Part shown: piece after piece, positions 1 through 11,117 of the stretch
How the letters are laid out: the number at the start of each line of letters is the position of its first letter
Numbering within the stretch: position 1 is the first letter of the stretch
Source: Squalus acanthias
Lineage: Eukaryota
Assembly (NCBI GenBank): GCA_030390025.1
Contig: CM059425.1
Location: forward strand, 171,804,001-171,868,000
Reading direction: 5' to 3'
DNA length: 64,000 bases
Position numbers and translations under genes: made by a program
Notes under the pieces: model-generated
Database searches by the model: none
The model's input: only the letters and a program-made list of their open reading frames with translations
What the model was told of the DNA's origin: nothing

Positions 1-171
1 TCCTCTGCAATGTGCAACCAGGCTGTTTGGATCTTTTCCGCCCATGGGCAGGGAAGAGGGCCTCCCTACGTGTTGTGACTCCCTCCATAAGCATATGGAG
101 GGAGTCATGGGAGAGCCTGGGTGCAGCCGTGCACCTCTGTGCAGTGACTGTCAGTGTTTGCAGCACCTCAA

Positions 172-310
172 TGAGCTGAGGCAGGGGCGGAGACGGGCGA
201 TGTTACGGAGGTGGAAATAGGCATTCTTAGTTATGCTGTGGATATGTGGTCGGAAGCTCATTTCACGGTCAAATATGACACCAAGGTTGTGAACAGCGTG
301 GTTCAGCCTC
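172..310 (-). mobile_element. L2 LINE RT C-terminal fragment
   Basis: Reverse complement translates to [45 protein letters not shown], the typical L2 NLGV.FD...FHLRNIA.LRP motif. Confidence 0.8.
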
Positions 311-464
311 ATAAAGAGAATAGTTAATAGTGAGAATGGTCACCAGCCAATAGCCTAACTGATGACATCATAAGCCATAAGATTGAAACTTCAGCAGAGT
401 ATAACAAGCATGAATCTGAGATGGCATAAGCATCCTTTAAACTTCCACACTTAAATACATATAG

Positions 465-1040
465 ACTTTATAAATCACTGGTTAGGCCTCAGCTGGAGTA
501 TTGTGGACAATTCTGGGCACCACACTTCAGTAAAGATGTAAAGGCCTTAGAAAAGGTAGAGAGGAGGTTTACCAGGACGTTACCAGGGACGAGGGACTTC
601 AGTTACGAGGAGAGGTTGGAAAAGTTAGGACTGTTCTCCTTGGAACAGAGAAGGTTAAGAGGTGACCTAATAGAGGTTTTCAAGATGATGAGGGGTTTTG
701 ACAAAGTAGATAGAGAAAAATTATTCCCTCTGGTGAGTGGGTCAACAACTGGAAGTCATAGATTCAAATTCATTGCCAAACGTCCTAGAGGAGAGATGAG
801 GAGAAATGTTTTCACTCAGAGAATGTCGGGATCTGCAACACTCTATCTGAAAAGGTGATGGAAGTTGATTCCATATGTAATTTCAAAAGGGAGTTGGACA
901 GGTATTTGAGAATGAGGAACTTAAAGGGTTACGGACAAAAAGCGGGGATGTGAGACTAAGCACGACTGCTCTTTCAAAGAGCCAGCACAGGCACGATGGG
1001 CCGGATGGCCTTCTATGCTGTAAGTTTCTATGATTCTATA
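465..1040 (+). mobile_element. CR1 LINE 3' fragment
   Basis: LVRPQLEYC..FWAP and LGLFSLEQRRLRGDLIEVFK (ORF 616-858); ends in a TTCTATGATTCTAT tail. Confidence 0.9.
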
Positions 1041-1276
1041 TACCAAGTACAACGATTACCGAGTGGTTTTATTCAATTGTGCATCCAGGTTTCACCAATA
1101 GTGGCTGTCACAGTGGACACCAAAGGGCTTCACACCATAGTTGCACGATGGCATCTAAACTGAATAACTGAATGAGAAATAATTAACAGTTGGATTTCTT
1201 GAAATAATGCATCCCATGAATGTGATAAGGGAGAATAAGGGTCAGAACATTACGTTGAGTGAGCCTTTGCCCTAGT

Positions 1277-2840
1277 GGTAATTATAGAGGTGTTTCCCTG
1301 CTGTCTGTCACAGGGAAAGTCATCGCAAGAATCCTCCTCAATCGCCCTCTCCCAGTGGCCGAAGAGCTCCTCCCAGAGTCGCAATGCGGATTCCGCCCAC
1401 TAAGGGGCACAATAGACATGATCTTCACCGCGCGTCAATTACAAGAGAAATGCAGGAAACAGCACCAACCGCTGTACATGGCCTTCTTTGATCTCACAAA
1501 GGCCTTCGACACTGTCAACCGTGAGGGATTATGGAGTGTCCTCCTCAAATTCGGCTGCCCTCAAAAGTTTGTCACCATCCCCCGCCTGCTTCACGACGAC
1601 ATGCAAGCCGTGATCCTGACCAATGGTTCCACCACAGACCCAATTCACGTACGGACCGGGGTCAAGCAAGGCTGTGTCATCGCACCAACGCTCTTCTTGA
1701 TCTTCCTTGCTGCAATGCTCCATCTCACCCTCAATAAGCTCCCCGCTGGAGTGGAGCTAATTTACAGAACAAACGGGAAACTGTTCTAGCTCTGTCGCCT
1801 CCAGTCCAGATCCAAGGTCGTCCCATCCTCTGTCGTCGAATTACAGTATGCAGACAACATTTGCGTCTGCGCTCACTTAGAGGTCGAACTCCAAACCATC
1901 GTCAACACCTTCACCGAAGCGTACGAGAGCATGGGCCTTACACTAAACATCCGTAAGACAAAGGCCCTCTACCAACCTGCCCCCGCCACACAGTACTGCC
2001 CACCGATTATCAAAATCCATGACAAGGCCTTGGACAACTTTCCATACCTCGGGAGCCTACTGTCAACAAGGGCAGACGTCGATGACGAAGTCCAACACCG
2101 CCTTCAGTGTGCCAGTGCAGCCTTCGGTCGCCTGAGGAAGAGAGTATTTGAAGACCAGGACCTCAAAGCCTACACTAAGCTCATGGTCTACAGAGCAGCA
2201 GTGATACCCACCCTGCTGTATGCCTCAGAGACATGGACCATGTACAGCAGGCACCTCAAAGCACTGGAGAGGTACCACCAACGCTGCCTCCGCAAGATCC
2301 TGCAAATCTATTGGCAGGATAGGCGCACCAACGTCAGTGTTCTCGCTCAGGCCAACATCCCTAGCATCGAAGCTTTGACCACGCTCGATCAGCTCCGATG
2401 GACGGGTCACATCGTCCGCATGCCCGATACGAGACTCCCAAAACAAGCGCTCTACTCGGAGCTCCGACACAGCAAGAGAGCCCCAGGTGGGCAGAGGAAA
2501 CACTTCAAGGACACCCTCAAAGCCTCCTTGAAAAAGTGCAACATCCCCACTGACACCAGGAATCCCTGGCCCAAGACTGCACAAAGTGGAGGAGAAGCAT
2601 CCGGGAAGGCGCCGAACACCTCGAGTCTCTTCGCCGGGAGCAAGCGGAAGCCAAGCGCAGGCAGCGCAAGGAGCGCATGTCAACCCAAACACCCCACCCA
2701 CCTGCCCCTTCAACCACCGTCTGCCCCACCTGTGACAGAGACTGTAGGTCCCGCATTGGACTCATCAGTCACCTGAGAACTCATTTTTAATGTGGAAGCA
2801 AATCATCCTCGATTCTGAGGGACTGCCGAAGAGAGAGAGA
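1277..2840 (+). mobile_element. RTE-clade LINE, 5'-truncated, disabled RT
   Basis: ORFs 1259-1789 (GNYRGVSLLS, LPESQCGFR, FFDLTKAFDTV, GVKQGCVIAP) and 1931-2776 (YLGS, QLRWTGHIVRM). TAG at 1787, YADD degenerated to YADN, (GA)n tail. Confidence 0.93.
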
Positions 2841-2895
2841 GGTAGTACTGCTACCTCTGAGTCAGAAGACACAGGGTTCAAACCCAACTCCAGAC
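2841..2895 (+). mobile_element. tRNA-derived SINE head (3' part; 5' part at ~1256-1280, split by the RTE)
   Basis: GGTAGTACTGCTACCTCTGAGTCAGAAG...GGGTTCAAACCC has a B-box and resembles the SINE heads at 28830-28890 and 57050-57120. Confidence 0.6.
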
Positions 2896-3242
2896 AGTCC
2901 CGGCAAGTGGAGACCAGAGCTCTGGCTCTGGATTCTGGGTTGACATCCAGGAGGATACTCACATCCAGTGGGTGTGGGTGGCCCCCCACCCTCGGGTATG
3001 GGAGCCCATAAAACCCTTTCACCGTACAGGACTAACGACCCTATTAACTGCTTTAAAGATGGTTATGGCAATGGAAGGTGCGTTCACACTGCGGCCCATC
3101 AAAATGTTAATCAGCCTGCGAATACTTCCGCTACTTCGCACCATTCTCCAAGGAAAGAGAGTGAAGATAAGAAAAACAAGAACATTATGTATTTTATTAC
3201 ATGGCTGCCTCCGAATAAACGCCTTTATCCCTCGTCCATTCC

Positions 3243-3445
3243 GAGTTAAGGACAGCTCAGCCAGGATAGCAATAATTGCCCTCTGTGCCTTGGTATACAG
3301 GAGAGACGAGAAAAGAAAAGAAGCCAAGGTTTCTACTCCTGATCATGATTCAGTGATCCCTGTTGGAAAGTGTCAGCCAGGTGAGGCCAGGATCAGGCTC
3401 ATCTGTGACGTCCCTATGATCAATTAACCTGCTGGTGACTAATGC
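3243..3445 (+). mobile_element. Old SINE-like interspersed repeat fragment (family uncertain)
   Basis: Motif TCCTGATC..CAGTGA.CCCTG.TGGAAAGTG...GGTGAGG.CAGGATCAGGCT recognised as an ancient shark SINE body; a probable 3' part of the same family lies at 6186-6308. Confidence 0.45.
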
Positions 3446-4900
3446 CTTCGACTAAAGTAACGTGGGAAGGCTGCCAGCTACAAGGAAGTGTATTCTCTTC
3501 AGGAAAGGGGAGAAGAAAACTGAGCGGAGAAAACAGGTATTCCATCTTTAAAAAATGTTTTAAATTTACATGCAAAGGTGGAACAACATGCTTCAAAATA
3601 ATCTTTCCTTTTAGTGCAATTACACATCATTCAGCTACTGAGCAGAGCAAAATGCATAAATAAATAGAAAGAGAAACACGAGTTTTATTTGTTAACAGCT
3701 GTTCCCGTGTCCTTGAGGGTAAATCCTGGTGTCAGGTGTACCTGTTTTTTTTGTTTAAAATTGCATAACCAGAGGATCTGGTATTCAATTTAATTCATTG
3801 CAGTCTTAAATTGCTGCCAGAGATACTGGCTTCATGAAAACTTTTTAATTATAGAAAAATTATAAAAAAGCAGCAGGGAGGATTTGGACTGTCGTAATTA
3901 GCCACTAGACTAATAATTTTCTGATGTGAGTAATGCTTTAAAGTCTCCAATGATTTCTTACTCCATTAGAATGTACTGAACCAGCAGCAGTACTGCTGAT
4001 TAGCAACACTGAAGAATTTTAAAATCACTGGAAATGTTTTTATTTAATGTAACTTTGTGAAAAAAATCTAAAAGGGAACAAAATTGAGCTGCAAAGCAAA
4101 AAGGAAGAGAGGCTTGCTCTGCTCTTTTAATCAATGAAAAGATATATTTTCTAACTTTTGCACTCCTGAATGGAATGGGTTTTTTATCACCAACTTTAAT
4201 CACCTGCTGTCACCAGGAGGCACATCAGAGGTAACATGGCTAGCAACTAAACAGAAACCCCCTTCACTTTGTCCCACCGTACGTACACCTCAACCTCAAA
4301 GCAGCACCCTGACTGCACCAATATTCAGTTTTCCATTTTCCACACAGCCATCCTAATAGCTTCGCTGAATAAACCTTCCAATTTAGCATTAATTTGTGCC
4401 AATTATGGTCAGCTTTGTACTGAGGCCCATGACTACTAGGAATTGAGTTTAGGCTGGCCAAAGTAATTTTTCAAAAGTCCTCTTTACAGCAAGAAGAATG
4501 GAGAAGCAAGAAGAAAATGACAAATTTCTAACCCAGCATGAACTCGGTCCTAAATCACTTACAGCTTTAATTCAGTATCAGTCCAAAATAATAGTCATAT
4601 CAGATTATACATTCCATAAAATAACTCAAAAAACTACAATTGATCACCCATCTAATTCATTTCTATTTCAGAAGCTTCTCAACCCAACTTGCATATAGAA
4701 CACACACACAGGACTTTGGGATGATATCCTAAGACAAGTCCAAAGGACTATGGAACATTAACTCAGACCAGCATCTCTACGAAAGGAGCGCAGAACACAG
4801 CAGTCAGCGTTCAGGAAAAACATGAATCTGGGATTTAAGATTTTTAGAATTCCCCCTCTAAGCTAGATCAAATGCCCGCAAACATCAACAATATATTAAT

Positions 4901-5627
4901 GGGCCAGAAATTCGGCTCTTGTCGGGTGAGTACGCGCTGTGTGCTCACCCGTAAGGCCACCTGAAGTGCCGGTTTCCTGCATGCACTGCGCATGCGCGGG
5001 AAACCAGAACTTCCGTTCCCCTGAAGGGAGGGGTTCAGAAGTCGAACGCGTGCGCGGGAGAGGCTGCGCGCACGCAGCGAACTTCAGGTTTTTTTTCAGG
5101 TTTCTCCGGGAAGGTAAGTATGAAGAAGCTGCGCTTTTAAAAAGGAGGCGCAAGACCCGTTTTTAACAAGGTAAGTGGTTAATTAATTACAATTTAAACA
5201 TTTTTTCAACAGGTTTATCTTTTTTAGATACTTTAAAGAAAGGTAAGTTTATTTTTAGCACTGTTAAAAAGTATAATTAATTTTTTCAAAAATTTAAATT
5301 TTTGTTTAAAGTAGTTAATTTATTTAACTTATAGTTATTTTAAAAATGTGATTTTAAAAAAAAATTTATTTGAAGTTTAAGTGTGGTTTTGGGGCCGATC
5401 TCTATTCATAGATTTGACAGGTCTTCCTGTCAAATCTATGAATGAAAATGCCCTGGTAGGATTGGCTCTCCATGGCCCACGTGATCCCAGGGGACGCTTC
5501 GAACTAACTGCGCCCCTGGGATACACAAGCACTGCGCGCCGGCCGAAAGCACAACTGCAGGCGCGGTAGGCAAGTACGCGCGCGATCCTTGCACCCACAG
5601 GAAGCCGGAAAGCCGAATTTCTGGCCC
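4901..5627. mobile_element. PIF/Harbinger-type MITE
   Basis: TIRs GGGCCAGAAATTCGGCT ... AGCCGAATTTCTGGCCC; flanks AAT/ATT; GC-rich arms with an AT-rich core; related to 44659-45588. Confidence 0.85.
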
Positions 5628-6185
5628 ATTAAGTTATCAGCACAGTTGATTCCAGATGCTCATTTGGATGCATATTCAAAATTCATTTAACTAAAGGGGA
5701 AAGTGAATAGAACCAAACAAGTCTGATCAATTTGTGTTAACTTTGCCATCAGTTAGCCTAAACATTTAGAGTTATGTTTTGCTCATTCGCACCAAATCTC
5801 AAAAGTAATTTATGCTTTAAGAATTGTTACAGCAAGTTGGGAAATAACTCAGAACGTTCACATAATGCTTCATATTGAAACAAGCTGAAGGAATTGAAAA
5901 CGAGAAGACTAATGGTGCATTACATTAATTCAGGATGCAAGCATTTGTAAAAAATATTAACAATTTATGATTTACCCACAATAAAATCCCTGAAATGCTC
6001 AACAAAAGGTCATGCCAATTTTGAGAAAATGTTCTCTACTGATAAATAATCAGCAATATATCAGACTAACAAAATGTGAGCAAAATCACCTTGCAATATG
6101 AAATATCATGAGCAAAAAACAAAAATCACTTTAACTACATATATCATAAAGAATTAGTCACCTGAGTGAGGCAACAGAATGCCAA

Positions 6186-6308
6186 GGTGGAACTGTACCC
6201 CAGCATGACTTACACTTCAACAGAGTACAGAGGTGGAACTGTACCCCAGCACGAGTTACACTTCAACAAGGGAGAAAAATGGGGAAAAACATCAGCCAGG
6301 TCCCCGCA
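6186..6308 (+). repeat. Two-copy ~46-bp direct duplication in an old SINE 3' fragment
   Basis: GGTGGAACTGTACCCCAGCA.GA.TTACACTTCAACA occurs twice in tandem. Confidence 0.7.
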
Positions 6309-6661
6309 ACATGCAGTGTTCCTTGTACTCAGCCAGGAAAGGCATACTTTATTAAACATGAAGTAAGACATTAAAAGTTTTATTAGTTAATAATTTCAAA
6401 AATATGAAATAGTAGGTGACAATTTTTTTCAGAAATTCATTATTCGGTGGTAAGGTTAGGTGGACAGTCAATTTCCATGAATGTTCTCTAAACTTAATGG
6501 TGGGACACATAGAAATAAAAACTCAAAGGTCAGCACAATGTACTATTATAGATTTTGGTTTGGTGCCAAAGCAGGAGGAAGAGAGTGGTCTGCACAGAGT
6601 GGTCTTTGTTAAAGCTGGGAATTTGGAGAGAGTGGGAATTCAGAACAGAGGGGCAAGGAGA

Positions 6662-7038
6662 GGGTACGGTCGCATAGTGGTTATGTAACTGGACTAGTAA
6701 TCCAGAGATCTGGACTAATGATTCGGAGACATGAGTTCAAATCCCACCACGACAGCTGGGGAATTTAAATTCAGTTACTTAAATAAATCCGGAATAAAAA
6801 GCTAGTATCAGTAATGGTGACCATAGAACTATCGGATTGTCGTAAAAATCCATCTGGTTCACTAATGTCCTTTAGGGAAGGAAATCTGCCGTCTTTACCT
6901 GGTCTGGCCTAGATGTGACTCCGGACCTACAGCAATGTGGTTGACTCTTAACTGCCCTTTGAAATAGCCTAGCAAGCCAATCAGTTGTATTAGGCATGGG
7001 AAATAAATGTTGGATTTTGCCAGCAACGTGAAAAAAAG
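6662..7038 (+). mobile_element. tRNA-derived SINE (family A)
   Basis: A-box (GCATAGTGG) and B-box (GAGTTCAAATCCC); body shared with 35414-35822 and 37915-38095; A-rich tail. Confidence 0.85.
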
Positions 7039-7446
7039 GTGCTGCTTTTTGCCTCCAAGACTTGTAATGCTTTGTGTTACAGGTAAATATTTAATTTAAT
7101 CTACCTATATAACTTAAATCAAGTAATTAGTTAAAAAAAACGAAACTATAAGTTAAGTTAATTAAATACATAAACTCTAATTAATGAAAAAAATAAAACA
7201 AGGTTATAAAGGGATGGCAGGGCAGGTGGTGTGTCGCAACTGCAGCATGTGGGAGCTTCACGATCACGGACGACCACGTCTGCAATAAATGTCTGCATCT
7301 CGAAGAACCTCAGCTCAAAGTTGTTGAGCTGGAGTCCGTGGTGCAGACATTGCAGGGCATCAGGGAGGGGGAGAGTTACCTGGACACTTTGATCCAGGAG
7401 GCAGTCACACACCTTCTGTTAGGTAGAGGTACAGGTCTGGTTCATG

Positions 7447-7893
7447 GTTTTTTTATTATTCATTCCTGGGATGTGGGCATTGCTGGTCAGGTCAGTATTT
7501 ATTGCCCATCCCTAATTGCCCTTGAGAAGGTGGTGGTGAGCTGCATTCTTGAACTGCTGCAGTCCTTGTGGTGAAGGTACTCCCACAGTGCTGTTAGGCA
7601 GGGAGTTCCAGGATTTTGACCCAGCGACGATGAAGGAACGGCAACATGTTTCCAAGTCAGGATGGTGTGTGACTTGGAGGGGAACTTGCAGGTGATGGTG
7701 TTCCCATGCACCTTGTCCTTCTAGGTGGTAGAGGTCGCGGGCTTGGGAGGTGCTACCGAAGAAGCCTTGGAGAGTTGCTGCAGTGCATCTTGTAGATGGT
7801 ACACACTGCAGCCACAGTACGCCGGTGGTGGAGGGAGTGCATGTTTAAGGTGGTGGATGGGGTGCCAATCAAGCGGGCTGCTTTGTCCTGGAT
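7447..7893 (-). mobile_element. 3' fragment of the CR1-group LINE family seen at 37915-41004
   Basis: Reverse complement closely matches 40555-41004 (QDKAARLIGTPSTTLN..., GGGCAATTAGGGATGGGCAATAAAT tail). Confidence 0.88.
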
Positions 7894-8022
7894 AGTGGTC
7901 AGGGATCGGAGGGTGTGACTGCGACTCAGGCAAGTAAGGGGACCTTAGATGCAGTGCTAGAGGAGCCTCAGTCTTTGCCCTTATCAAACAGGTATGAGGT
8001 TCTTGCTGCCTATTAGGATGAG

Positions 8023-8249
8023 CAAATGTGAGTAGTCGCACAACACCAGGTTATAGTCCAACAGTTTTATTTGAAATCACAAGCTTTCGGAGCGCTGCTC
8101 CTTCGTCAGGTACTCAGGAGTACCTGACGAAGGAGCAGCGCTCCGAAAGCTTGTGATTTCAAATAAAACTGTTGGACTATAACCTGGTGTTGTGCGACTT
8201 CTCACATTTGTCCACCCCAGTCCAACACCGGCATCTCCACATCATGTTT
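8023..8249. mobile_element. Penelope pseudo-LTR inverted (hairpin) insertion with hammerhead cores on both strands
   Basis: 93-bp arms 8023-8115 and 8118-8210 with 1 mismatch and a 2-nt loop; near-identical to the Penelope 3' end 13197-13281; GGATGAG flanks both sides. Confidence 0.9.
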
Positions 8250-10784
8250 GGATGAGGGCAGAGTCTGCAGGGTGGATGCGCAAAGTGACCACGGCTCCAT
8301 GGTACAGGAGGCCACTTAAGTTGGGGGGGAATGGAAATGAATGTTGTAGTGGTAGGGGACATTATAGGGACATAGGTACAGTTCTCTGCAGCTGTGACCG
8401 GGAGTTCCGAAGGTTGTGTTGCCTGGGTTAAAGATATCTCCTCGCGGCTGGAGAAGAATTTGGAGTGGGAATGGGAAGATCCAACTGTCGTGGTCCACGT
8501 AGGAACCAACGACATAGGTAGAACTAGAATGAGGTTCTGCTGAGAGCGTTTGAGAAGCTAGGGTCCAAATTAAAAAGCAGAACCTCAAAGGTAATAATTT
8601 CTGGATTGTTAGCCTGACATCAGTTGTTGAAATCCATTATTAAGGAAGTGTTAACAGGGCATTTAGAAAATCATAGGCAGTGTCAACATGGTTTCATGAA
8701 AGGGAAATGGTGTTTAACAAGCTTAATCGAGTTTTTTGAGGATGTAACTAGCAGGGTAGATAAAGGGGAACCAGTGGAAGTAGTATATTTGGATTTCCAA
8801 AACACATGCGATAAGGTGCCACATAAAAGGTTGTTACGCAAGATTAGGGCTCATGGGGTTGGGGGTAATATAATAGCATGGATTGAGATTGGTTAACGGA
8901 CAGAAAACAGAGAGCAGGGATAAACGGATCATTTTCAGGGTGGCACGCTGTAACTAGTGGGGTGCTGCAACAATCAGTGCTTGGGCCTCAGCTATTTACA
9001 ATTTATAATAATGACTTAAATGAAGGAACCGAGTGTAATGTATCCATATTTGTTAACGATACAAAGCTAGGTGGGAACGTAAGCTGTCAGGAGGACACAA
9101 AGAGCCTGCAAAGGGATATAGACAGGTTAAGTGAGTGGGCAATAAGGTGGCATTTGGAGTATAATGTGGGGAAATGTGATTCAATTTGGTAGGAAGAATA
9201 GAAGAACAGAATATTTTTTAAATGGTGAGAAACTATTAAATGTTGGTGTTCAGAAAGATTTAGGTGTCCTCGTACAGGAAACAAAGTTAGCATGCAGGTA
9301 CAGCAACCAATTAGAAAGGCAAATGGCATGTTGGCCTTTATTGCAAGGGAGTTGGAGTACAAGAGTAAGGAAGTCTTGCTACAATTGTACCGGGCTTTGG
9401 TGAGACCTCACCTGGAGTACTGTGCACAGTTTTGGTCTCCTTACCTGAGGAAGGATATACTTGTCTTAGAGACTGTGCAATGAAGGGTTGTCCTATGAGG
9501 AGAGATTAAGTAGATTGGGCTAATACTCTCTGAAGTTTAGAAGAATGAGAGGTGATCTCATTGAAACATAAGATTCTGAGGGGGATTGACAGGGTAGATA
9601 CTGAGAGATTGTTTCTCTGAGCTGGAGAGTCTAGAACTAGGGGGCATGGTCTCAGGATAAGGGGTTGGCCATTTAAGACCGAGATGAGGAGCAATTTCTT
9701 TACTCAGAGGGTTGTGAATCTTTGGAATTCTCTACCCCAAAGGTTTGTATATGCTGAACCGTTGAGTATATTCAAGGCTGTGATAGATAGATTTTTGGAC
9801 TCTAGGGGAATCAAGGGATATGGAGGTCCGGCAGCAAAGTGGAGTTGATGTCAACGATCAGCCATGATCTAATTAAATGGCAGAGCAGGCTCGAGGGGCC
9901 ATATGGCCTACTCCTACTCCTAATTCTTATGTTCTTATGCAGATGAAAATGGGTGTGAAAGACTTGATGGAGAGAGTATGGTAGCTGGGCTGAGGGTTGT
10001 TTTAATTGCCATACGCATGTCTTCTTTCTTCTAAATCGCTAATTTTAACATATCATTTACAAAGTTACAAATGGTGCCATTCATCTGTTCCTGAACAGTT
10101 TACATTGCACAGGGAATAAACCTTATAGATTTAACAGCAATAAATGGAAAATAAAATGAATTCCGTGCTACATATCAAATGCTTAAACTGCATAAATTAA
10201 AATGGAGAAGTTGCTACTTTTTCTGAATACAAAAGGGAAATGGCAAGTAAACCATATTCATTATCTGAACTGACTGGGAAACAACACATCGGTAGAAATT
10301 AAACCTATGCAATATTCAAATAAATCCACTGAAAACAGAGAAGGAATACAAATTCAACTGTCCAATAATAGGCAGAATATGAGGGGATCCTGAGATCATC
10401 TCGTAATTCATAACTAATTAAAAATTAAATCATGTACTTGAAGAAAATGTTTACATCTATTTTGTAAATGGAGATGAAAACAATCCAAATAAAATATTAA
10501 TTTCACAAGAATGCAATTATTTCATTTCAATATTTGAATGCTAGCAATTTATATATTAAATATTTAAAGGAAAACTGTACTCATCGCAAGTCCCCTACCA
10601 CACAATCCTAAGTGATGTAAAAGGGAGCGATCTGAACGTTTGGTGCCAGCCATTCAATTCATCCATCCTCCATTATTGTTACATTTTTATGCTTTAAAAC
10701 TGCTGTTCAAAGCGAACGGGGCAACAGTTTTTTTGTGTATAAACAAATGAAGAAAAACACAATGGGAATCTGAAATACATGCAC

Positions 10785-10945
10785 AAAATGCTTAAAACAC
10801 ACAGTGGGTGAGTCAGCATCTGAAAGAGATAGACAGGTAAATGTTTCGAATGAGACCGGGTGTTCTGACAGAGGATCACACCTGAAACGTTAATCTGCCT
10901 TTCGATTTCAGATGCTGACAAAACTCCTGTTCTGCTTTGAATTTT
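10785..10945. mobile_element. Decayed inverted Penelope pseudo-LTR element (family B)
   Basis: CAGCATCTG...GTTTCG on one side and TCTGACAGAGG...CCTGAAACGTTAA...CAGATGCTG on the other; hammerhead core mutated. Confidence 0.6.
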
Positions 10946-11117
10946 GTGAATGAAATGTTCCAACAGTGACATCATGAATGGGGATTGGAATTCACTCAAG
11001 AGACCATGAGCTCTCCGCATTCTTCAATTCTGATGTCAGGGAAGCAAAACTCTGCAAGTGGCTGCAGAGGGAAACTCAATGCATCTGTTCTCAGGCTCCA
11101 TCTGACTAGTAGTTTTA

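Larger units (their letters stand above)
7040..9939 (+). mobile_element. Degenerate CR1 LINE (ORF1 Cys-motif/esterase + RT) with internal deletion and nested insertions
   Basis: ORF1 start MAGQVVCRNCSMWEL at 7214; esterase VVVHVGTNDIG at ~8490; RT motifs from 8624; (TTCTTATG)n tail. Interrupted at 7447-7893 and 8023-8249. Confidence 0.88.

Noticed and set aside
2968..3427. 151-aa and 93-aa ORFs as host genes
   Set aside because: They overlap SINE-like sequence and have no domain or splice support.
4896..5632. piggyBac/Kolobok assignment from TTAA flanks
   Set aside because: TTAA can be read one base outside each TIR, but the sister copy has a 3-bp AAT TSD and GG-starting termini, favouring Harbinger.
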